Positions 55,039 to 64,000 of a stretch of DNA of 64,000 nt are shown here, one piece after another (position 1 is the stretch's first letter; every line of letters begins with the position of its first letter). The stretch is from NCBI GenBank assembly GCA_963826005.1, contig CAWGVJ010000002.1, positions 267,385 to 331,384 of the forward strand. Reading direction: 5' to 3'. The position numbers were made by a program, and so were the translations under genes. This stretch comes from an uncultured Solirubrobacterales bacterium (GTDB lineage Bacteria; Actinomycetota; Thermoleophilia; Solirubrobacterales; JBBDJG01). The notes under the pieces are model-generated. The model saw only the letters and a list, made by a program, of their open reading frames with translations. It was not told the DNA's origin and searched no databases.

Positions 55039-56449
55039 TCCTCGGCAGCTTCCTCCGCGACCACGACTTCATCAACTCCGCCTATCTGGTGGCGTCCGTG
55101 CTGTTCATCCTCGGCATCCGCGGGCTGAGCCACCCGCGCACCGCGCGCCGGGGCAACATCACCGCCGCGATCGGCATGTTCATCGCGGTCGTCGCGACGC
55201 TGCTCAACCCGGAGATCGAGAACTACGGGCTGATCGTCGTCGGGATCGCGATCGGCGCCGTGATCGGCGTGGTCTCGGCGCGCGCGGTGAAGATGACCGC
55301 GATGCCGCAGATGGTGGCGCTGTTCAACGGCGTCGGCGGCGGCGCGGTCGCGATGGTCGCGCTGTCGGAGTACCACGACCTGATCCCGCTGCCCGGGGAG
55401 ATCCCGCTCGAGACGCTGATCCCGACGCTGCTGTCGTGCGTGATCGGCGCGGTCAGCTTCGCCGGCTCCATGATCGCCTTCGCGAAGCTGCAGGAGCTGA
55501 TGACCGGTCGCCCGATCGTGTTCCCCGGCAACCAGTTCATCAACGGCGGCATCCTGCTCGCCATCGTCGTCCTGGTCGTGTACCTCGCGACCGGGCAGGA
55601 GAGCGAGGGCCTGTTCGTGCTGATGCTGTGCCTGTCGCTGCTGTTCGGAGTCCTGCTGATCATCCCCGTGGGCGGCGCGGACATGCCGGTCGTGATCTCG
55701 ATGCTGAACGCGTTCACCGGCCTGTCGGCGGCGGGCGCCGGCTTCGTGCTCGACAACAGCGCGCTGATCGTCGCGGGCTCGCTGGTGGGCTCCTCGGGAA
55801 CGCTGCTGACGATCCTGATGGGCCGGGCGATGAACCGCTCCCTGTCGAACGTGCTGTTCAGTGCGTTCGGCTCGGCGTGTGGCGGCTGGTCCGGCCGGAG
55901 AGGCCGAGACGCGCCCCGTGAAGGAGGCGACCGCCGACGGACGTGGCCACGATGCTCGCCTACGCCGACAAGGTGATCGTCGTGCCGGGCTACGGGCTCG
56001 CGGTCGCGCAGGCGCAGCACACGCGTGCGCGAGCTGGCCGACGAGCTGGAGAAGCGCGGCGTCGAGGTGCAGCTACGCGATCCACCCGGTGGCGGGCCGG
56101 ATGCCCGGGCACATGAACGTGCTGCTCGCCGAGGCCGACGTGCCCTACGACGGCGCTCAAGGAGATGGACGAGATCAACCCCGAGTTCCCGCCGACGGAC
56201 GTGGCGCTCGTGATCGGCGCGAACGACGTCACGAACCCGGCGGCGCGCGAGGACAAGAGCAGCCCGATCTACGGCATGCCGATCCTCGACGTGGACAAGG
56301 CGCACCAGGTCGTGGTGCTGAAGCGCAGCATGAACCCCGGCTTCGCCGGGATCGAGAACGAGCTCTACTACGGCGACAACACCGTGATGCTGTTCGGCGA
56401 CGCGAAGGACTCGGTCACGAAGCTCGTGCACGAAGTCAAGACCGCTTAG
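55035..56449 (+). pseudogene. pntB: NAD(P) transhydrogenase subunit beta (about 4 frameshifts between 55870 and 56165)
   Basis: The membrane domain is intact to ...SNVLFSAFG. The dIII pieces are [41 protein letters not shown] and [19 protein letters not shown]...GMPILDV...VVVLKRSM, in different frames. Confidence 0.9.
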
Positions 56450-57336
56450 CTCAGGCTGACGCTGTCACCTTTGCGGACCGTGCCCGCCGTTTCCGCGACT
56501 GCGTAGACGCCGGCGCACGGGTACAGCGCGCCTCCGACGTCGAGCCTGTTGTGTTTGGCAAGGGCCTTGAGGATCTGCGGGTCCCGCGGCAGGTCCTCCT
56601 GCGCAAGGCTTGGCATGCAGCAACGAGGATCCGGCAGTGCAACCGCCAGCCTCACCTCGTCCCCGATCGACACCATGCGTCCGACCCACTCGTTCTCGAC
56701 GAAGCCACTCGCTGGGGTGTCGACGATCATGTTCATGCGAAACCGGCGGGCGTCGAAGCGGCTTTGCGGCTCGAGCTCTTCGAGCTGGTCCAGGGTTGAA
56801 GTCGTGAGGACGCTGAACGGGAAGAGGTCGAAGAACGAGCCTTCGGGAACTACCGAGGGCAGTCCTCGTTCGTTGAAGAACGCGGCACCGAGCTGCGCCT
56901 CGACGACCTCGTCGCGGTGTCCCTCGGGGTCGTAGTTCTCCTCGTCAGGGTGGTACTGATCGATCGTGTAGCCGTTCTCCGCGGCTCGCGCGAGTTCCAC
57001 GTCGCGGCCGAAGAAGTCCGACAGGATGGCGTCGACGTCGCCCGCGTCGCTCAGGACCGAGCGGCCGTCGGCGAGTTCGATCCGCACCGGTGGGAGGTCG
57101 TCGTCCGCGCGCGGCGGCTCGACGAACGCGGCCCGGCACGCGAACATGTTCGGCCACAGCTTGGGGTGCTTCGCGCTCGCGACCTTGCCCGTTTCCTTGT
57201 CGACGATCGCATAAGCGCGGTCGCCGGCGACTCCCGTCCTGGGTCAAGTCCGTGGCGTCGAGCTCCTCGCCCAGCATCGACTTCACGGGGAACCGCCACA
57301 GCGCCTGGATCGTTCCAACGGGCTCGCCAGAGTTCA
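56446..57336 (-). pseudogene. MOSC domain-containing protein (one frameshift near 57235)
   Basis: ATG at 57336 behind AGGAGG gives MNSGEPVGTIQALWRFPVKSMLGEEL. The rest is in ORF 56446..57147 (RFRMNMIVD...[14 protein letters not shown]...[16 protein letters not shown]). Confidence 0.8.
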
Positions 57337-57486
57337 TTTCGCCTCCTGTGGTTGGGCCGCTCGGCGCCAGCCTAAAGCGCGGTCGTTTTTCCTCACACTG
57401 TCGGGAAAAGTCACCGCGGCTTCGGTTGCGCTTCCCTGACCGCCGACCGACTACCCTTTTCGGCACCCCCCAATGAGAGGTAGGAC

Positions 57487-58059
57487 ATGTCCATAGCACT
57501 CATCGTGCTCATCGTCTTGGTCGTGCTGCTCGTGCTGTACGCGGTCGTGACGTTCAACCGGCTGATACGGCTGCGCAACCAGGCCGAGGAGGCCTTCTCC
57601 GACATCGACGTGCAGCTCAAGCGCCGGCACGACCTGATTCCCAACCTGGTGGAGACGGTCAAGGGATACGCCGCCCACGAGCGCCAGGTGTTCGAGAACG
57701 TGACCGCCGCGCGCAGCAACGCGGTTTCGGCGCACGGCCCGGAGGCCCAGGCCCAGGCGGAGAACCAGTTGACCGGCGCTTTGCGCCAGTTGTTCGCGGT
57801 AGCCGAGAACTACCCGGACCTGAAGGCCAGCACGAACTTCCTCGAGCTGCAGAACGAGCTCACCGACACCGAGGACAAGATCCAGGCATCGCGGCGCTTC
57901 TACAACATGACCGTGCGCGACCTGAACACGAAGGTCCAGCAGTTCCCCTCGAGCATCATCGCGGGCTTCGCGAACGCCAAGGAGCGCGAGTTCTTCGAGC
58001 TGGAGGACCCGGCGGAGCGCGAGGTCCCGTCGGTCTCGTTCGGCGCCGCGCCGGCGTAG
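57487..58059 (+). CDS. lemA: LemA family protein
   Basis: Intact 190-aa ORF with an N-terminal TM helix and NRLIRLRNQAEEAFSDIDVQLKRRHDLIPNLVETVKGYAAHE...RRFYN. Confidence 0.9.
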   Translation: MSIALIVLIVLVVLLVLYAVVTFNRLIRLRNQAEEAFSDIDVQLKRRHDLIPNLVETVKGYAAHERQVFENVTAARSNAVSAHGPEAQAQAENQLTGALRQLFAVAENYPDLKASTNFLELQNELTDTEDKIQASRRFYNMTVRDLNTKVQQFPSSIIAGFANAKEREFFELEDPAEREVPSVSFGAAPA

Positions 58060-58081
58060 CAGGCGTACGGCGCCGGTTGGG

Positions 58082-59075
58082 ATGTACAAGCAGATCGCAT
58101 CGAACAAGCGGAAGTCGCTGGCGCTGCTGGTCGGCTTCCTGGTCCTCTACGGCGCCCTCGGCTACGTGCTGTCGCTGTGGTTCGGCCCGGCCGCGCTTGG
58201 TGATCGCGGTCGCGATCGCGATCTTCATGCTGATCATCAACCTGTACATGGCGGACGACCTCATCACCCTCGTCACCGGGGCGCGCCGGATCGAGCGCAA
58301 GGAGGAGGCGCCGGAGCTGTGGCGCATCGTCGAGAACCTCGCGATCACCGCGGGGCTGCCGATGCCGCGGGTCTACATCGTGCCGGACGACTCGCCCAAC
58401 GCGTTCGCGGCCGGGCGCACTCCCAAGCAGGCGATCGTGGCCGTCACGACCGGCCTGCTCGAGCGCCTCGACGAGGAGGAGCTGGAGGGCGTGCTCGCGC
58501 ACGAGCTCAGCCACATCCGCAACTACGACGTGCGCCTGATGACCTGGGCCGCGGTGCTCGCCGGGTCCATCGCCATGCTCGCGTGGATCTTCACGCGCGC
58601 GCTGTTCTTCGGCGGCGGCGACCGCGATCGCGGGGGCGGCGCCGCCAACATCATCGTCCTGGTGCTGGTGCTCGTGTCGCTGATCCTCGCGCCGATCGCG
58701 GCGTTCCTGATCCAGGTCGCGATCAGCCGCCGCCGGGAGTACGTCGCGGACGCGTCGGCGGCGGAGCTGACGCGCTACCCGCAGGGCCTCGCGTCCGCGC
58801 TGCGCGTGATCTCGGGCGACACCAAGCCCTCACGGGCCCTGGGCAACCCGGCGATCGCGCACATGATGATCATGGCGCCGCTGGGCGCCAGGGGGCGTAC
58901 CTCCAAGCTCTTCTCCACCCACCCCCCGCCGGAGGAGCGGATCGCCATCCTCGAGAAGCTGGCGGGCGGAGCTGAGCACCGCCACGAGAGCCTCACCGAG
59001 GGCCGCGCGCTGCCGCATCCGGAGGAGCCGAAGCCGCTCCCCCCGGAGGAGCCGATGGCCACGACCGGCCTCTAG
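58082..59075 (+). pseudogene. htpX: Zinc metalloprotease HtpX (M48) (one frameshift near 58190)
   Basis: The ATG at 58082 gives MYKQIASNKRKSLALLVGFLVLYGALGYVLSLWFG, then the frame shifts to ORF 58077..59075. That ORF has PNAFAAG, HELSHIRNYD and FSTHPPPEERI. Confidence 0.9.
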
Positions 59076-62000
59076 TGGCCTAGCCGAAGTCGCGCGCGCT
59101 CAGGACGGTGGCGTCCTGGAGGCTGCCCGTCGCCGCTGCCGGCGGCGATCTGGGCGACCACCAGCGCGACGTCGTCGCGCAGCTCGGTGGTCTGGATGTC
59201 GAGCAGGCTCTGCTCGATGCGCTCGGCCACCTCGGCAGCGGCGCACCCGGCGCAGTCGCGCACCGCCGCCAGCAGCCCGTGGAACCCGATCATGCCGTCC
59301 GGCGTGCGCGCCTCGGTGATGCCGTCGGTGTAGAAGATCACGGTGTCGCCCCGGTGCAGCTCGGTCTCGGTGGAAACGAGGTCGGGCTCCGGCACCACGC
59401 CCAGCAGCGTCCCCGGCTCGCCGAACGCCTCGACCGTGCCGTCCGACCGCAGCACGATCGGGAGCGGGTGGCCGCCGCTCGACACCGACGCCCGCGTCGA
59501 GCCGTCGCCGTCGCCGGCGCTGAAGCTCGCCAGCGCGACGGTGCAGAACTGGTACGCGAGCGGGCCCTCGGCCAGCATCGTGCTGTTCAGCGAGCGCAGC
59601 AGCTCGTCGGGCGGATCGTCGCCCCGCATGGCGGTCGCGCGCAGCGTGTGCCGCGCGAGCGAGGTGACGGCCGCCGCGTCGGCGCCCTTGCCGCACACGT
59701 CACCGATCGTGATGGCCCATTCGTCGTCCCCGCGCACGAAGATGTCGTAGAAGTCTCCGCCGACCTCGTTCGCCTCTCCCGCCGGGCGGAAGCGCGCGGC
59801 GATCTCGACCCCGGGGATCTCCGGGAGGTGCGGCGGCAGCAGGCTCTGCTGCAACTTGGACGCGATGTAGCTGCTCTCACCGAAGAGGCGTGCGTTGTCG
59901 ACCGCGAACGACGCCCGCCGCGCGAGCTCGCGAATCACGCGCACGTCGTCGTCGTCGAACGTGCGCTCGGTGAACGAGGACAGGGCGATGGCTCCCAGCG
60001 TGCGCCCGCGCGCGACCATCGGCGCGACCACGGCGGAGCGCCCCGGCCAGCCCTGCACGGCGTCCAGGTAGGACTGGTCCGAGGTCCACGACTGGTGCAT
60101 GTCGTGGTCGATGTCGTCGACTCGCTGCAGGGTCCCGGCACGGATCGCCGTCGCGATGGGGTGCGCGCTGTCGAGGTCGATGCGCTCCTCCTTCAGGCGC
60201 TCCAGCGCGTGCTTCGCCGCTTCGTCAGACGATGCGCTCGCGACCCGCCGGATCGTCCCGTTCTCCTCGAGCAGGTCGACCATGCAGCCGTCGCCGAGGA
60301 ACGGCACGGTCAGGTCGGCGAGCCGCTGCAGGGTCTCGTCGAGGTCGAGCGTGCGGTCCAGCTCGGCGCTTGCCTCCGCGAGGAACTCGAGCTCGTGGCT
60401 GCGCTCGGTCAGCTCGCTGTGCAGCCGTGCGTTGTCGACCGACAGCGCCGCGCGGCGGACCATCGCGGTGGCGAAGTCGAGGTCGTCCTGGGTGTACAGG
60501 CGCTCGGACTCGGCCGACGCGAGCGTCACCACTCCCAGCGTCTGCCCTCGCGCGCGCAGCGGCACGAGCATCGCCGAGCGCAGCCCGATCCCGCGGATCA
60601 TCGCGAGGTGCTCAGGGTCGCGCGCGTCCTGCTCGGCCATCTCGTCGGTGATCTCGTGGTGCAGCTCCGGCTTGCCGGTGCGCAGCACTTCGGGCACTCC
60701 CTGCGTGTCGTCCGGGTTTGTCGGATAGCGGTCTTCGAGGTCCCAGGCGAAGCGCTCCCGCTTCGGGTCTGCGTGGGCGACGGCGAGGCGCTCGAGCCTG
60801 CCGCCGTCCCCCTCCATGTGGATCACGCACCAGTCGGCCAGGCGCGGCACGGTGATGCGCGCCAGTCGCTTCAGCACCACCTCGTAGTCGAGCGAGCTGT
60901 CGAGCGCGGTGTGGAGCTCGACCAGGAACGAGGCCCGGCGCTCGAGCTCCTCGGCGCGCCGCCGCGCCTTGGTCTCCTGCTCGAGCAGCCGCACGCGCTC
61001 GCGCTCGATCTCGAGCTCCTCGGAGATGTCGCGGATGATCCCCGCCATCCCGATCACCTCGCCGGTGTCGTTGCGGATCGGCGAGAGCGTGAGGGCGACG
61101 TCGACGAGCTCGCCGTCCTTTCGCCGGCGCACGGTGCGATGGTTGGTGATCGCGCGGCCCTCGATGAGCTGGCGCACCAGGTAGTTCGCCTCGTCGGCGC
61201 GGTCGGGTGGAGCGGTGTCCGCGATGGACATGCCGAGCGCCTCCTGGGCCGAGTAGCCGTAGAGGAGCTCGGCACCCGGGTTCCACGCCAGGATCCGGCC
61301 GTCCATCCCGACACCCACGACCGCGTCGCTCGAGTGCTCGACGATCGCCGCCAGCCGGCGCGTGCTCTCCTGGCCGCGCCGCGCCTCGGTGACGTCGCGC
61401 AGATACCCGGCGAACATCGGCGGCTCCTCCGTCGCCGATTCGCACGATCGAGATCTCGACCGGGAACTCCGTGCCGTCCGAGCGCAGCCCGGTCAGCTCC
61501 ATGCGCTTGCCGAGGATCTTGCTCTCGCCGGTCTCGACGTAGCGCGCGAGCCCGTCGCGGTGGTCGCTGCGCAGCCGCTCGGGGAGCAGGGTCTCGCTCA
61601 CCAGCCGGCCGACGACGTCCGCCCGCTGGTAGCCGAAGGTGCGCTCCGCGGCCGGGTTGAACTCCACGATGCGTCCCTCGTGGTTCATGGTGATCACGCA
61701 GTCGAGAGCGGACTCGAGCACGGCTCCGCGCAGTGCCTCCGCGCGGCGCACGGCCTCCTCGATCCGGCGCCGGTAGAGGTGCTGCCCGATGTAGCGGCCG
61801 GCGGTCGCCATCCCCTTCATCAGGCCGGAGTCGGCGGGCTTGCGCCGGCGGGAGAAGAGCACCACCACCGCGCGCGCCCCGCGCTCGCCCATGATCGGGA
61901 ACGCGGTGACCGACCGTACGCCGATTCCACCGGCCGCCTGCGCTTCCGGCAGGCCGGTGTCCTGCCTGATGTCGTCGATCCAGACCGGCTCGCCGCTTGC

Positions 62001-62594
62001 CAGCACCCGCCCCGGAAGCCCGATGCCGGACTCGAGGTGGAGATCGGCGACGAACTCGTCGAACCGGCTCAGCCGCCCGTCCGGGGCCTGCCAGGTGGCG
62101 GTGCAGCGCAGCGTGCCGGTGCTGTCCACCTCCCACAGCGCCGCCGCGTCCCACTCGAGCGCCTCCGCGACGCCCGCCAGCACGCGCGCCCCGGCATTGC
62201 CCGATGTGCTCGTCTCGGCGAGCGCGCGCGCCACCGCGCTGTCCAGCCGCGAGCTCAGCTCCGCCCGCTCCCTGATCGTCGCCACGCGCACGGCCAGCAG
62301 CGAGGCCATCGCCACCAGTCCCGTCCTCAGCAGGTGCTCGAAGGACCCGAAGAAGTCATCGCTCCATCCGGCCAGCAGGGAGAACGCTACGGCCAACGCC
62401 GCTACGGCGGCCGTGGGGCGCCGTCCGACCCCGAACGCCGCGATGAACGGTGGCACCGCGAACAGGCCGATCAGGTCGGCGCGGTCGGCAGCGACGGCAT
62501 CGAGCACGAACAGGGCCACTGCCACCCCGAGCGCGAGGGCCAGCCAGAACGCCTTGGAGCGGCGCTGGGTCATGAGGTCGAGCCTTTCCTCCAC
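59072..62594 (-). pseudogene. Multidomain membrane sensor phosphatase: N-terminal TM helices, GAF, PAS, PAS, GAF, GAF, PP2C/SpoIIE (one frameshift near 61420)
   Basis: ORF 59072..61417 (781 aa) is intact and ends with a SpoIIE/PP2C domain (GGDFYD...ITIGDVCGKG...FYTDGITEA). The upstream ORF (60612..62594) supplies the TM helices, a GAF domain and a PAS domain (ITMNHEGRIVEFNPAAERTFGY). It joins at ...EISIVRIG // MFAGYLRDVTEAR. Confidence 0.85.
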
Positions 62595-62681
62595 TGCGTG
62601 TTGAAAGTACCAGCCGTAGCGGGGTTTTCCTGGTGCGAAGTCACCTTCGCGCGATGGGCTGCTCGCGCGGCCCGGGGGCGG

Positions 62682-63164
62682 TCAGCTCGTGTGAGTGAGG
62701 CGCCCGGGCAGGATCCGCGCCGCAGGAGCACCCTCCGCGCCTTCCTGCAGCGAGCGGGGCATCGTGGTGCGGTCGCCGTAGACGCAGCCCCAGGCGATCT
62801 TGCCGTGCTCCACCCGCCACACCCAGGCGGCCGGGGTGTCCAGCTCGAGGCCGTCGCGGGCACTGGCTCGGACGCGTCCCATCACGACCACGTGGTTGCC
62901 GACCTCCCGGTATCTGGCGGGCTCGATCTCGAGGTGGCTCCAGAGCTGGTCGGCGTCCTGGAAGTAGCGCCGCATTCCGTCGTGACCGCGGTAGCACTTG
63001 CCCTCGTTGAGCACGGTCGCCGTCGGCCCGAAGAACTCGATCTCCGGCGCCATCAACTCGAGCAGCGTGTCCGTGTCGCGCGCGGCAAACGCATCGAACA
63101 GACGCTCAACGAGCGCGACCGGTCCCTGACGGGCGGTCTCCTCCCCCTTCACGCGACCAAGCAT
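62682..63164 (-). CDS. SnoaL-like / NTF2-fold protein
   Basis: 160-aa ORF with VERLFDAFAARDTDTLLELMAPEIEFFGP...VWRVEHGKIAW, typical of the SnoaL/DUF4440 fold. Confidence 0.65.
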   Translation of the reverse strand: MLGRVKGEETARQGPVALVERLFDAFAARDTDTLLELMAPEIEFFGPTATVLNEGKCYRGHDGMRRYFQDADQLWSHLEIEPARYREVGNHVVVMGRVRASARDGLELDTPAAWVWRVEHGKIAWGCVYGDRTTMPRSLQEGAEGAPAARILPGRLTHTS

Positions 63165-63249
63165 GTCACATCCCGGCAGCAGGCCAAGAGACCTGTTCGC
63201 GGGCGGACAGGGGGGTCATGAGCCAGGTGTGACGAATACGCTGCCCTCG

Positions 63250-63741
63250 ATGGCACACGGCGACCGCTACGACCGCGACGAGAGCGAGCACGAGCGCCTC
63301 GACCGCAACCTGCTGGAGCTGCTGAACGAGCTGCGGGTTGCGCTGCCCGGCGTGCAGGTGCTGTTCGCGTTCCTGCTGACGGTGCCGTTCAGCCAGCGCT
63401 TCACAACACTTACCCAAATGCAGGAGAACGTCTACTACGCGGCGCTGCTCGCGACGGCCGCGGCCGCGGTGCTCCTGATCGCGCCGTCGGCACACCACCG
63501 CATCAACTTCCGCCAGCAGGACAAGGCGCACATCGTGTTCCTCGCGAACAAGCTCGCGATCGCCGGCCTCGCGTTCCTCGCGATCGCGATGTCGTGCGTC
63601 GTGTGGCTGATCACCGACCTGCTCTACGGCAGCGCGGCCACGGCGGTGGCGACGGCCGCCACGGCGCTCACCTTCACGCTGCTGTGGTACGTCGTCCCGA
63701 TCGTGCGGCGCATCCGCCGCAGCCGCGGCGGCTCTACGTAA
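63250..63741 (+). CDS. DUF6328 family membrane protein
   Basis: The ATG at 63250 gives ERLDRNLLELLNELRVALPGVQVLFAFLLTVPFSQRF plus further TM helices. The ORF-track start at 63163 is less likely. Confidence 0.7.
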   Translation: MAHGDRYDRDESEHERLDRNLLELLNELRVALPGVQVLFAFLLTVPFSQRFTTLTQMQENVYYAALLATAAAAVLLIAPSAHHRINFRQQDKAHIVFLANKLAIAGLAFLAIAMSCVVWLITDLLYGSAATAVATAATALTFTLLWYVVPIVRRIRRSRGGST

Positions 63742-64000
63742 GCCCGGCGTACCAGGCGCCGAACGAGAGCGCGAACAGGCCAAGCGCCGGGATCAGGACC
63801 GTGCGGTACACGGGCTCGACGATCGGCCGTGTCAGCACCCACGCGAAGAGGCTCGTGCAGAGCGCCATCGAGAGGACCGACATGGGCGCGAACAGCGCGA
63901 GCGCCGCGGCTGCCTCGAGCTGTGTCGGCAGCGCGGCGATCAGCAGCAGTACGACGGCGCCGGTGCCGGCGAGGCCATGCAGTGTTCCGATCGCGAGCGC
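63734..64000 (-). CDS. C-terminal 88 codons of a polytopic membrane protein (gene starts beyond the right edge)
   Basis: My own translation of the minus strand is open from 64000: ALAIGTLHGLAGTGAVVLLLIAALP...LIPALGLFALSFGAWYAGLT, with a stop at 63734-63736. I assign no family. Confidence 0.5.
   Translation of the reverse strand, partial: ALAIGTLHGLAGTGAVVLLLIAALPTQLEAAAALALFAPMSVLSMALCTSLFAWVLTRPIVEPVYRTVLIPALGLFALSFGAWYAGLT

Noticed and set aside
58070-58100. AAGCAGATCGC at the htpX start as a fifth copy of the hairpin repeat.
   Set aside because: Only the loop and half of the right arm match. There is no complementary left arm and no GGTTYG tail. This is probably chance similarity.

Overview
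This is a very GC-rich window (roughly 70% by eye) covering the chromosomal replication-origin neighbourhood of an Actinomycetota-like bacterium. The lineage guess rests only on gene order and gene content.

Gene content, left to right:
- Left arm, minus strand: parB (partial), parA, rsmG, jag, yidC, yidD, rnpA, rpmH.
- Right arm, plus strand: dnaA, dnaN, recF, DUF721 (DciA-like), gyrB, gyrA.
- Next: an HNH endonuclease, pheA, DUF4446, and the fhaA-fhaB-pstP-rodA-pbpA-pknB cell-wall and Ser/Thr-signalling cluster. ddl is translationally coupled to pknB.
- Then a second Ser/Thr kinase, a DsbA-like gene, purM, uppP and dedA.
- A surface-polysaccharide cluster of about 16.5 kb (30.6-47.0 kb): DegT aminotransferase, CapD dehydratase, O-antigen ligase, flippase, three glycosyltransferases and a priming sugar transferase. 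It also holds a module of nucleotidyltransferase, glycerol-1-phosphate-dehydrogenase-like enzyme, GNAT and CDP-alcohol phosphatidyltransferase.
- Finally: an amidase, DUF3105, an amine oxidase, a hydrolase, an ECF sigma factor fused to an anti-sigma-like domain, pntAA-pntAB-pntB, MOSC, lemA-htpX, a GAF/PAS/PP2C sensor of about 1170 aa, and small genes.

I found no rRNA, tRNA, CRISPR array, transposase, integrase or recognisable defence system.

Most notable observations:
1. An unclassified hairpin repeat of about 47 bp occurs in four copies. Its stem differs between copies only by compensatory paired substitutions. Two copies lie in frame inside pheA and ddl.
2. Three GTTCGG-N2-CCGAAC palindromes lie upstream of parA.
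3. Paired DnaA boxes sit at the dnaA 3' end and in the dnaA-dnaN gap.
4. There are very many reading-frame breaks (at least about 60), and their distribution is strongly non-uniform. None occur in 1-13.2 kb; they are dense in 27-50 kb. They hit essential genes, so I read them as assembly indels. Genes broken as sequenced are typed pseudogene here for that reason only.

All coordinates of broken genes are approximate.
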